A DNA stretch of 38,836 nucleotides from Klebsormidium nitens (Eukaryota; Plantae; Klebsormidiophyceae): positions 1 to 38,836 of the forward strand of contig DF237685.1 in NCBI GenBank assembly GCA_000708835.1. The letters run 5' to 3'. Shown here piece by piece: positions 1 to 11,206 of this stretch (position 1 is its first letter; every line of letters begins with the position of its first letter). Position numbers and translations under genes: made by a program. The notes under the pieces are model-generated. The model searched no databases and had not been told where the DNA came from. It was given only the letters and a program-made list of their open reading frames with translations.

Positions 1-76
1 AGTCGTAATCGTTACAGATTGCAGACAAGAAGACTAGGTTTCAAAGACTAGAGATCTAGATCAATGACAAATACAT

Positions 77-219
77 GATTGCAGACCAAAAGACCGGAAG
101 ACCAGAATTCTAGATCTTTTTCATTTCATTTCCCAGTGAATAGCACTATGACATAGTGCCTCTCTGTAGAATAAAAAAGATTGAGAATCTCGGGCTTCTG
201 GTCTTTTGGTCTGCGAATC
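77..219. repeat. Fold-back / MITE-like inverted repeat with a central perfect hairpin
   Basis: GATTGCAGACCAAAAGACCGGAAG (77-100) pairs with CTTCTGGTCTTTTGGTCTGCGAATC (195-219), with 1 mismatch and 1 bulge. Weaker pairing continues inward (101-121 vs 172-194). Central GCACTATG-A-CATAGTGC at 143-159. Confidence 0.8.
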
Positions 220-288
220 CCATCCTGCCTCATCAGATTCAAGTTGATTCGGTGACAGCCATTTGATTGCAAACCAGAAGACTATCTT

Positions 289-3200
289 TCAAACATGTAA
301 TAGGCAATATCGAACAAACGGTGTCCACCAGCGTACGTTACCCGCTACTCTCATCTTAGCGTCATCTACCCGCACAAGTTCTGAATTTCGGCCACTCACC
401 AAACTGGCTAGAATAATCATGAAAGCTTCGAGCCCAGAGTACCAGCCTAGCGTCTTAAACCTGACGAGAAAAGAATTGCAACTCTCGACAGCCGAAGTGT
501 TGACCCAACGCACTACGTCATAGTAATCTGGATTGAATGTTGGTCCGCACTTGTGTCCCTCCGCTCCTGTTCGTTGAAAGTGGAACCTGCACGCAACATT
601 GCGCGAATATCAGATCAGTTCAAGAAGAACGCGTTTATGGAAGTGATCATACGGACAACATCTTCACGATGTCAGCCAACCAATGTGCACATAAAGCAAC
701 CTCACTAGACAACAGTCAACCTCCTGCACGGTAGCATGGCGTCAGGGATCAGACAATGCGTTTGACTGGCTAAATTCTCGAAAGTTCGCTCTATGACCGT
801 AGGACTTGTCTAGGTTCTGCGGTTTCAAGGCATATACAAAGTGTGCTGAATCTAGACCACAGTGCCCCAACCAAGGTTGCAGATTTGTGACGTTTGAAGA
901 GATGTAAAGTCGTGTGTTGGCAATACGGAAGAAGTCAAGAAGAGTGTGTCTCCATCTCACCTGTCTACCAGGAAGCGAACGTCGGCAAAAAAAGCCGGCT
1001 CGCGTCGCATGCAGTAGGCTCGCAGCTTGCAAGCGTTGTCGTAGAAGACAAAGCGAGGCAGATGGTGTCGATGTAGTCGTGTATACAGCACGGCAAACGG
1101 ATCGCGCGGCGACTCCCCCCAAAGCATGGCATGAAAACCATAAATTACCCGGTGGGGACAGCAGAACACGAAGCCCCCTTTGGTATGCTTCTGGAGACGC
1201 TGAGCGGACTTCGACTTGCTAAGAGTCGCGACCTCAGCGTCAAACTCCCCCACGGTGAGCCCCCCTCTACATCGATGCTCTTCAGCCCGTTCGATGGATC
1301 TGCCTAGCTCATCTTCAAAAGGTCTGTACTGCGGCAGAGGGCGCTTCTGTTCCCAGCCCGGCAGAGGATAGCAGCCAAGCGCACGCTGTTTTTTGCAGAA
1401 GGAATGATTGAGGGGTAGGTTGGGAGGGATGTTTCCACCTGCTTCTAGGCCTAGCCGCTCGTTCCAAAGCGCTATCTCTGGTACCGAGAGCGGATAGACT
1501 ACAGCTTGCGGTTGCGAGAGCTGCTCTACCGCGGGTAGCAAAGCATTTGTCCGCGCCTCCCAAAACGCGAAAGCTTGCTGGCGGTCCGCGGACCATGCGT
1601 GCGGCCGCTCTACTCTGTCCCGCGCTGACCAAACGCAGATGTCTAACCCCTCGATGGCAGAGAGTGCGATCCCAGCGCGACCGACGCCTAGGCCAACCGC
1701 TCCGCGGCCCAAGAGAGTGAGCCGATATAGATGGTGGAGGGTTGGCAGGAAGAAGGTGGGGAAAGTGGAACCGTAGTGGTCTAGCAATCGGCGCAAGATG
1801 GGAGAATGCTTAGCCAGGACGGCACGGTTGTCTAGGTTTGCCACTCCTCCCAAGAGAAGCTTTCTGACCACCGCTAGAGCACTGCCATGCTGGATGATAT
1901 TGCTATCATCCGAGACGGACTTCGGAGTGCCGAGGCTGTAAAGCAGCTCCGACCATCTTCCAGGGCAACGAGGGGGGCTCTGTCCGGGATTGTTTAGCAG
2001 AGACTCTGCCTTGATCCCTTCCATGAGCTCGAGCAGCGCCCGGTTTTTACTCCGAATCAGGCCGGTCTGGTCGAGAAGAATGCGCCGACGCCAATGGACA
2101 AGGACGGGGTCAGCGTCGGGGTTGTCAGGATCTGGGATGAACTCGGTGACGACTTGTACGTCTGCCCGATTGAGCGCAATCTGCAATGGCAACAGCAAAG
2201 TACTCAGAGCAGTGCAAACCTCCTTTGCACTGGAGCTGTCTAGGTTCTGCACAGATTATATATGCTTTCAATCTGCAAAATCTAGACAATGTCTACGTGG
2301 TTCGCATCCAGGTACTAGAGTTGTCTAGGTTCTGCACGATTTTTGTATGCTTCGTTTTGCAGAATCTGGACAAGTTGGTATACGCTCAATCTTACCAAGA
2401 AGACACCGAGACGAGCAAAAGCTAGACACTTTCAGCGCGGAGGCCAATCTTACACAGCTTGTCTAGATTAAGGTTTTGCAGATTGAAGCCATATACAAAG
2501 TGTGCAGAATCTGGACAACTCTAGCCCCGGATGCCAACCTCGTCCAGGTTCTGCAGATTGAAGGCATATACAAACCGTGCAAAACCTGGACAACTTCGGT
2601 ACGACACTTCTGGCCCCAGGTGCCAACCTCGTCCAGGTTCTGCAGATCAAAGGCATATACAAACCGTGCAAAATCTGGACAACTTCGATACGACACTTCT
2701 GGCCCCAGGTGCCAACCTCGTCCAGGTTCTGCAGATCAAAGGCATATACAAACCGTGCAAAACCTGGACAACTCTGGTACGACACTGCTGGTGCCCAATG
2801 CCACCTCGTCCAGGTTTTGCAAACACTAGACAGCACTTGTGTCGGATGCTATCTTCACAGAGCCTGTCTAAACATAGCAGATTTCAAGCATTCGGGAACT
2901 GGTTGAACTCACCAACAGCTCGTCAAACTCCTTGCTGCTCAGGGGTGCTCCAAGATCCGGGTCCTTTGAGTGATGACGACTGAACCGAGCCAGCAACGTG
3001 CGCAACTCCGGTTGGTGCAGAAGACGCCGTTTTGGGCCGCAACCGTCTAGCCCAGCTCCGCAAAAATTCACGCCCGACTGCATCACCTTCTCGACGTTTG
3101 CTCCCGCAGCGTCTTGACTCGGAGCCGTAAACGGACGCAGATGCGCCGCGCTCGTGCCAGACAAGCCCCCTTTCTGGCGCCCACCATCCGCACACGCAAG

Positions 3201-6174
3201 GCCTGCGATCCCGTCGCAGAGGAGGATCGCAGGATGAGGCCCGCAGATGCTGCAGCACTCCAAAATGGAGCGACCGCAGAGCTTGAAGAAGCCCATACTC
3301 GCCTTCCGCCAGGTTTCGCTCGACAGAGGTTTGGCACCCGGCGAGTACAACCGGCGGACGGCGTTCTTAGCCTCTATAAGAGCGTTGCAGGCGGAGCCAG
3401 TGCCTTGCACGCATCGAAGCAGCAGCTGACACGATGCTTGTGTAACGATGACGCTCCTCGTCCATGCGTACAAGCCCAGAGCTTCTCCGTTGAAGTGGAC
3501 CGTGTGCTTCTCCGCACAGTTGCAGCAGTAGATGCGGACCTTCACCTGCATCCGAAAAGCGGACACGAGATAAGCTCATGTGGTCTCACAAAGGCGAAGA
3601 AGAGAACAATACGGTTTGGATTACGAGATCGTTCTCACGATTGTGATCACAATTGAATACCGCTAGTGCATGTGTTGTCGGCGTGCGTAACTTCACGGAC
3701 TCTTATGGTGACCGAAGCGTTACTTAATCGCAAGAAGAGCACCTTTGGTTTGGTTCGTTGGACCACATTGAAACCTGCAAACAGATGGAAGCTTGTCCAG
3801 CATCTGCGAACTAGATTATGCATGAAATCTGCAGAACCTGGACAACCCAGGCTCAATAGCGTGCATGGAAAAAAGCCTATTGCCCGGCCAACAGAAGCTC
3901 GGGCTGTGCACCTTCCTTTCTGTAGGTATGTCTAGTTGTCCAGCTTCTGCAGTCTAGATTATGCATAAAATCTGCATGATTTAGACACCCCCGACATCGT
4001 GCTTGACAAATGCAGAACCTACAAAATCCTGTTACTGTCTGTGACAAGAAGAGATTGCCAACTTGGAAGTTTGGCTTGAGCACCCTCTTCTTGATAGGTT
4101 TGTCTAGCTAGCTGTCCAGCTTCTGCATCCTTTGATTATGCATGAAATCTGCAGAATCTGGACAAGGCCCGGCACTCACCTCTTGGGACCAGTCCAAGGA
4201 GTAAATGTGCGACACCTGCATCAGGCTCGACCAGCCTGTCCCACAAGGTGGCGGCTCCTTCGGGCAAGGTGCGCACAAGCACTCAATCCTGCTCAGCTCC
4301 TCGTAATCGCGCGCCGTCAGCTGGCTGACTCTCACCGGCTGCTTCAGGAGGGTGACGGGCGGGTCGTGAACGGCCGAGCCGTCGGTCGGGCGTACCAACT
4401 TCGGAGTTTCCACCTGAACGCCCTCTGCACCCATGGGCATGACGATGGCAACCCGTGCTGGCTCTGCGTGGAGGCACGCCGACGAAGGGCAGGAGCAACT
4501 CTCACAGACGCGGACAACACCCCCCCTGTGCCCCCCCGCAGTGCACCCGGCCGCCCCGGTGTTGGCCGCCTCTCCATGCTCACCACCCCCCGTTTGAGCG
4601 GCCCAAAAGGCTTTGGACCTCCGTTTCACCCCTCGCTGTGCGGACGCCCCATCCTCTACCGTCTCCTCCCGCGGACGCTTTTCGGGTGAGCTACTGTCTG
4701 CGGAAGTACAACACCGACCTTCGCAGGGCTGCTTATCAAGGCTCACCCCCCCAAACAGCGATGGATGCTGTTGGCAGAAGCAAGCGTCGCCCTTGCACAC
4801 CGCGTCGTGCTGCTCTCCGGCGACAAGACCGAGGAGGTAACGCTCCTCATCTGGCAGGGCCTCCAGTTCCTCTCCGCCCGCGTTGCTTGCTCGACATTCT
4901 TCACCAGCTTGCGGTCGATTGCAAGCTGCATCCTCCTTTCCAGCCGCCACCTCTCTCTCCTTCCGGTACAGCCAGCCCCTGGCGCGCTCCAGCTGAGTTT
5001 CCGAAAAGAGACACCCCTCCAGTTTGCTCACCCTTCTCTCCTCTCCAGTGCTCTTTTCACCTCTAAAAGATGTCCGCAGTCCGCAGTCTTGCTGCAGCCC
5101 TCCCGTCTTCCTTCGCAATACCACTGGAAGTCTGCCTCCGCGTCGAAGTGCACCATCGTTCTTTCGGGGGAGGGCGAACTCGCATTCCAGAACACCCCAA
5201 ATACTCTCTGCCCCACGGTGCTGCACGGCACCTCCACCACCCGCGGCCCCTTCTGAAATGACAAGTGGCTTGGTTGTTGACGCTCCTGGAGGGCTTGCAA
5301 TGCCAGCTTGTGGACGCAAGCTGCGTCGAAGCTCAATCGACCACGATCGCACGTGCAACTCGGGTTTCCCATCGTGTCCCAGTACACCGTCTCGAGTAAC
5401 GCCGTGTTTTTGCTGGGCCGTTCCAGCGGCTTTGGCCTGGCAGCATTGTGGTTCCACGCGGTCATCAGGAAGACAGGGCTGCTGACCCCCGCCTCCCCAG
5501 TGCTATAGATGGAGCAGTAGCCGGTTTTGATGTTGGCCAGAAACCGTGCAGCTTGGGCAACGAGTGTGAGCTGCCCGTTCGCATCTCGGCCTTCCTCTCG
5601 TCCGCAATCCTGCAAACAGGTTTGAATACCATGGATCAGTCAATTGCCTGAAAGATCTGGAAAATTCAAGTGTGCTCGACGATACTCTTTCCAGATTCAG
5701 GATCTAAAGGAAGGCTTTAAACTGCTAAAGTGAAGCTACGAAAGTTCCTTCTGTCCACATCCTGCAAGTCGTAAAAGCATGATTGGCCGCCTTCGTCCAG
5801 ATTCTGCATATCTTATTATTGTGTTCACTTCCGCAAAATCTGGACACACTAGAATTACGATTCATATCTGCTATGCCACACTGTAGCGGCGGTCTAGCTG
5901 CAAGGATCCAAGAGCAGCTAGAACAACTTTCCCTCGCTCGAAAACAAGTCACTTTTTGTTGGACCGTCCGCGGAATCTCTCCTGCTTGGCGGCCTCGGTT
6001 CAAAGCAGCTTCGGCTGCGGATCTGCTGCGCTTTCGGCCAGCTGCCTCTCTGCTCTTGGCATCCAATGTTTGCAGCCGAATGACCTCTTCTCCGGCCAGA
6101 ACCTTCTGTTGGCGCCAAGAGCCGGTGGGCTGTGCAGTGCGGTCGAACCAGATTTCTGGTGGACCCCGGCCCAT
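289..6174 (-). CDS. KDZ (Kyakuja-Dileera-Zisupton)-class DDE transposase, multi-exon, with SWIM-like and CxC Cys clusters
   Basis: Phase-consistent GT-AG model on the minus strand: exons (start uncertain)-5953, 5609-5032, 4978-4180, 3545-2913, 2246-961, 586-289. The last five exons total 1198 codons with no internal stop. Motifs: SWIM-like CTCD..ACVH; PCGTGW..YSLDWSQE|VKVRIYCCNC..HFNGEALGLY (CxC); CSICGPHPAILLCDG (first acidic residue); GGFVFCCPHRVIYGFH..GESPRD; FYDNAC; VDR|FH..GHKC (rebuilt across intron 587-960); NTSAVESCN. The 5' end and the exon content of 2247-2912 are uncertain. Confidence 0.85.
806..857. repeat. Intronic palindromic unit (TGTCYAG.TTYTGCA-N20-24-TGCARAAYCTRGACA)
   Basis: TTGTCTAGGTTCTGC...GGCATATACAAA...GTGCTGAATCTAGAC. 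Same arms and spacer as the units at 2237-2771. Confidence 0.75.
2237..2518. repeat. Three dispersed copies of the palindromic unit in both orientations
   Basis: Units at 2237-2289, 2321-2373 (spacers reversed) and 2459-2518. Confidence 0.8.
2532..2823. repeat. 89-bp tandem repeat (~3.3 copies), each unit containing the palindromic motif
   Basis: TGCCAACCTCGTCCAGGTTCTGCAG recurs at 2532, 2621, 2710 and (variant) 2799, a period of 89. Confidence 0.95.
3793..4165. repeat. Three palindromic units with the second spacer type (GATTATGCATRAAATC)
   Basis: Units at 3793-3845, 3936-3987 and 4113-4165, inside intron 3546-4179. Confidence 0.8.
5795..5845. repeat. Palindromic unit in intron 5610-5952
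   Basis: GTCCAGATTCTGCA ... GCAAAATCTGGAC. Confidence 0.7.
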
Positions 6175-7272
6175 CCAGGTGGTGATACGCCAACAGTGGT
6201 TTTTGTGCAGTGGAGACCTTCCCGACCCAGCGCTCCACGCAAGCGAAGCACAAAGGCTGGTTCTTGCCACTGCCCTTTACCTTGTTAGAAATAGCAAAGC
6301 CGCTGAGGTTTTTCTGCTGCGATTTTCTGAAGGAGATCTGACAGACTTCGCTTTTCGAGCTCAGGAGTGACTGCTTGCATATTGCACACTTGAAAGCGGT
6401 GGAGTTGACTACTAGCAGCCTTGACGGTCTACGATAAATTTCCCCAAGGAAACCTGAGCCCACGAAGTCGGGCAGAACCCGTTACCCGGCGACCTACCCG
6501 CTATCTGAGTCATGCCGACCGTGGAGGGGCCGAGCACCTTAGGCTACTGTACGGGTTTCGCCACTCGGCCGGTCGGACTTCCTTTGACTGACTTCTAGCC
6601 TATGACCAAGTCGGCATGATATTTTTGGAGGTCGCAATCGCCTTATATTCCCTCGGATTTACCCAGGGAACCGACCTCCGAAGGCAATTTTCTGCAATCT
6701 CGGTGTGAGAGCGAACCACGTATATTGTTTCAGAGTGCATACGTACTCGCTCGGGATGAAATTTCGTATTCGCTCGGAGAGTGCCACGTGTCAATTTCAG
6801 TGCACCGGGCCCTACACAGTGCTGACAGGCGCCTAAAAGTATCGGTCAGGTTTCATGCGGCTCTCTTGGGGGGCAGTAATGGAAAATCCTCTACGGTATA
6901 TGGTTTTGAAACTCCGTCAATAGTGACGCTAAATCAGCTCGAAGTCCCGAACGCCGTCGATCTTGTCCGAGAGATATCTGGGCCGTCGCTTTTATGCCAT
7001 TCTTCAGATGGTTGGCCCCGCGTGGCATGCGCGCAACCTTCCGCGCTGGAACAGAGGAAGAGTCAATGTCAGGAAGAGATCATGCATGCAGAGGTCAATT
7101 GACACTGTCACCAGTCCTGTCTCTGCCGCTGCGTCTCTTTCTCCTTTGAAGTTTGAAGCAAGTGGTGGTCAAGTAACACATTTGAAAAGGATGAGGCGCG
7201 GTCAAACAATTGCCAAACGTCCAAATCGGTGCCAATCAGCATCGTACACTATGTATCTTTGAACGTCCTCTG

Positions 7273-10200
7273 ATGGCGGCCATGTCTTCAGCTCAGCTGG
7301 TAAGCGCGCTCCAGGCGCAGCAAGAGAAGATTGAGAGCAATGCCGACCGCCCTGACAGAAGCATTCATTGCTGTGGCAGAATGCATGGAGAGCTACTTTT
7401 ACGTCAGCGATCTGGCTGTCCAGTCTGCGGAAGTCAAGGACTCGATGGCCAAGTTTGGTTGGGCCTGGCTGGAGCTTCCTGAGTTCCCTGTGCGCAAGCT
7501 TTTTCCAGCTGCAGCAAAGGCACTGCAGCAGTTCCCCGAGCACAGGGGCCTTGTGCTGGCAATTGCGGACTGGTGCACCGATGCTTGCAAGCAGAGTGTG
7601 ATTGCGAAGCTGGAGGCGCTGCGCTGTAGGATGCTACAGGGCCTCTGCCTCGCAGCAGGGCATCTGGCATTGAGAGGAAGGTTTGATAGCAACGGATACA
7701 TGATCGCTGGACGCATCTTCGAAGCAATGCAGAAGGCTGCAGAGACTCCGAGCATCCAATTCTACTCGCGTCCAATAGAAGTCAAAGACGAGTTCTACTC
7801 GGCAGCGAGGGACGCCTGGCGTGAAGTCGGACTAGAAACGGTTGTAGCCACCTTGGAAGAACCCCTCCGCGAGAGGTTTGGAGCTGTGAACCACGCACTC
7901 CGTTTAACAGCATACTTTCTGAGAAACCACTCAGGGGTGGTTGAACTCACGAACACAGACCACAGTGTCGCAACAACGCAGTTGTACCTGGAAGTCTTGA
8001 AGAGCATGGGGGAGGCGTTTGGCAACACATTCCCTGGATTGGCAGGGAACACCGCTTTTCAGAGGTGGGTCCCACAACAGTTTGTGTGGTTTGTAAGCAG
8101 TTCCTTTTGTGACTTGGTCAGCGCAGACTCAAACATAAGCTAAGAATGAGGTTATTAAAGTGGAGTGGTGGTCAGTTGAAGTAAAAGCTTGACATGAGGT
8201 GGCCGCCAGGTCTTCGTCGCTTTCAGGAGCATGTCTTCAAGCTGTACTTTGCATTGGTCATTCTATTGTTGTAGACACTTTGCATTCCTGGCCAATCTAA
8301 GGGGGGGGAAATCCTGCCCCTGTTTTTGGGGACGTGAACTAGTAGATATTGTCCGAACGCTGAACCTCTCAAAATGCAACCCGAAGCCTTGAACATTCCT
8401 TGTCATTCGTTAGCACAATTCACTCAAGCAAGATATTGGATACACAATGTTCCAATCGCCTATGCTGTACACCGATCATTGGCTCCAAGCGGCTTAGGTC
8501 TGAACCACGTCATCGCGACCAGCCCAAAGATATGGTCAGTTGCTTCCCCTTTTGGATAGATATCAAAGCGCCAAATCAAAGCCCTTTTATCCTTCTCAGG
8601 TATCTGAAAGGTACTCTTCGGGGGATCCAAGCAGGATCCTCCTTGCCAGGATCCCCCTTTGGAGATTGCGCCAATCTGGCTAAAGAGGCCTTGCTGATTT
8701 ACGAACGAACAATCAATCCTCTGGGCGTCCCTTGGGATCAGAGGTATGCTAGCTTTTCACATGCTCTATCCATCAAATATCTGCAAACCTTTCTGAAGTC
8801 AACCTGCTTAAAAGTGTTCAAATTCGATTTACAGGGTAATCAAGCAGCGCCAACGGATCATAGGGTCCGTTTCAGGTTGCTGAGAGGGAATAGAAACATT
8901 AGTAAGTGCTTTCACACTGAGCTTCGATGTATTCAGGGATGGCTCGCACTTTCATGCCGAGAGTAACGTGGATGAAGAGTGTGATACCGGCACGAGTTTG
9001 TAACGGAACAGACAAACGCAGACCTCGAGACCCAAGTGCTGACGTCAGATTAATGTTGCACTTCCCGAATGCCCTCTTGACGTTCGCTTTTCAAGAGACC
9101 GTGTCTTCGGTAACGTGGAAAGCCAGGACGGATCCGGCCCCAAGGTTTTGGGACAAGTTACCGCTGTCCATCGCTGTGCGCCAATCGTGCATATTCAGAG
9201 ATCCGGATGCATGCCACGTTAGTCGTGTCATAAAGCCTGCCTACTGCCCTCGATCAATCAGCTTTGCGATTGGGTCTGCAAGAACCTTGATCGCAGAACC
9301 TAGAGAAGGACTCAAAAGGACCGTTTTAAGAGAAAATGCTGATGTATGTTCAGATTCAGGTCCAGTTTACTGAGTCTCTTCTGCTCGTCCTTCTAGAAAC
9401 CCGTGCCTGCTGACCGCCCTCAACGCGCATCACCAGCAAATCTCTGACGTCAGCCAGCTCGAGATCTCGGCTGAGGTCATCGCTTACAGCGAACTCCGCA
9501 AAGATGTCAGGCGAGAGATCTTGGGGATTGCAGGGACGTGCGCTGCGGCAGATGCCAAAGCAGGCGTCGAAAGCAGCTCAGCAGGTGACTGTGTAAACCC
9601 TTGAATTGCCTCCTAGCTTCCTCTGAATCCATTATGGCGAAAACCTTTCCTAACATAACCCAAACAGCGACCAATCTGATTTCTGAAGCACCCTGATCCG
9701 TCGAGATGAGTTTGCTTGTGAATGGCGTGCGAGACAAGAGCTTCAAAGCATCGTCACTGGTCACTCCTCGCTTGGCAATTGGGGTGTTCGCGTGATAGAG
9801 CCCTCTCTTTGGCATCCATTGTTCTGACGCTTTTCATGTTTGTAATGGAACAAGAATGCTTTGCGGACTGAGTCTTTAGTCCAAAACACTGGCTAAAATG
9901 TCGGTTTAACAAGGATGATTGTGCTTATTGACGTTTAATATATAAAGTACACCATCGGACGTGATAGCGCAGGCTGAATGCAGAAGTTCGCGATGGCCAA
10001 AATCGCAGCGCTATTGGTCGTTTTTTGATTTAAAGACTCCAGTCTGCAAAGTTCAGCCTGGGGGCCGCAAAGCTTGGCGGGACAGGCCCGAGATGCGGAT
10101 AACACGCAGCTAACAAGCGCAAGCGAGAAATCTGAAGCGTTATCCCTAAAAGTCAAAGTCTTAACGGCAACGCTGCGAATCTCTGTCGTCCCCCAGCTAT

Positions 10201-11206
10201 TCTGTTGTCTGCGTTCCGCCGGCATCTGCTTGCTGTGGATCAACCATTCGTCCGACCCGCCAAGCGATTCTGAACAGGTCGTCAGGCTTTTACGGATTCT
10301 AGGCTAGACTGCGGCACCTAGTTTCGCAGACAGCGCGTCTGATCCGGCGGATTCGGCTTGGCGCTTAGAGGACGGCTTGCGTGGCTCTCGGCTTATTGGC
10401 CCCGTACCTACCTACTGACCACTTTCGCTGATTTGTACGAACCCTCAGCCAGAAAGACAGGTTAAGCGAATCGGAGGCCCGACAAGCTCACATAGGGCTA
10501 CTAGAAGCTGGCACAGAACGGGCGGTTGAAAAGGTCCGTGTTTCTCTCTCCGGGCTTCTCACTCTCTCCCCGCTTTTGCGCAGGCCCATCCGGTCACAAC
10601 GAAGATACCAAAAACGAGCAAGCGGGTGACGCCTCCACTTCCAAGCGGGAAGGGAGGGCGAAAGAACGCGCGTGCGCCAAGTGTGGAACAACGCAAAAGC
10701 AGCGTGGCTCTGGAGAGCCGGCTTTCAAGAAATGCTCGCGCTGCATGTCCACGTACTACTGCGGACCCCAGGTGACCAGACTTGCTCTACCTCGTTGTGC
10801 TTTGGTTGTTCGTCTTGCCTTGGCGATGATACACTAATCAATTGCAGAAAAGGGTGTCCGGTTTTGGAATCTGGGGCCTCTCTAAGAATGAAAGTGTCCG
10901 ACTTTGTTTCCGAAGCAGATTTAGGCGTGGAGAACCGTTGAGTAAAGTTGTTTGTCAGGGTTTGGCGTGATTCTTGGCGTCCGAAGCTCTGCTTTTGCCG
11001 TCTGGAGAGTGTACTAAGCAGAATCTAGTGCGATCCGAAGGTGGCGTGCGCTGCGACGTCTTCCTTACATGGGGACATGCCGTACTGAACCATCTGTCGC
11101 GCCAGAAACACCTCATGCACCGGATCCTGAAGAGTGTACGTTTCTCCGCTTGCAGTGTCAAAAGGCCCATTGGAAGGAGCACAAGCCTGTGTGTGTGTCT
11201 CGATAG
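7273..11206 (+). pseudogene. Helical-domain + MYND zinc finger gene, copy 1 (type I), frameshifted near the N-terminus; possibly translated from ATG 7340
   Basis: Exons 7273/7340-8064, 8600-8743, 9397-9584, 10584-10771, 11156-11206, all phase-compatible. MYND: CAKC..CSRCMSTYYCGPQ|CQKAHWKEHKPVC. The ATG 7273 frame aligns with the paralog N-termini but is out of frame with the rest; ATG 7340 gives 431 aa. Confidence 0.75.

Larger units (their letters stand above)
1..6700 (-). mobile_element. KDZ/Zisupton-like DNA transposon, approximate extent
   Basis: Contains the transposase gene. GATTGCAGA-type motifs occur at 17, 77 and (variant) 265, and an inverted copy TCTGCAATC at 6691-6699. True termini and TSD were not identified; the left end may lie outside the window. 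Confidence 0.55.

Noticed and set aside
2532-2823. CRISPR-like array
   Set aside because: Whole 89-bp units are near-identical with no unique spacers, there are no cas genes, and the context is a eukaryotic intron.
3114-5485. Long plus-strand ORFs (3114-3656, 4132-4689, 4455-5066, 4765-5256, 5024-5485)
   Set aside because: Antisense shadows of GC-rich transposase exons with no recognisable motifs.
587-5952. The introns themselves being Introner elements
   Set aside because: Intron ends share only generic splice consensus and lengths differ (343-666 nt). Similarity is limited to the internal palindromes.
1-7200. TET/JBP dioxygenase cargo, known from fungal KDZ elements
   Set aside because: No HxD...H 2OG-Fe(II) dioxygenase-like ORF was recognised near the transposase.
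8876-8901. 26-nt micro-exon in copy 1 intron 2 (CAG|...|GTAAGT)
   Set aside because: It would shift the frame relative to exon 9397. Direct splicing is phase-compatible in all paralogs.
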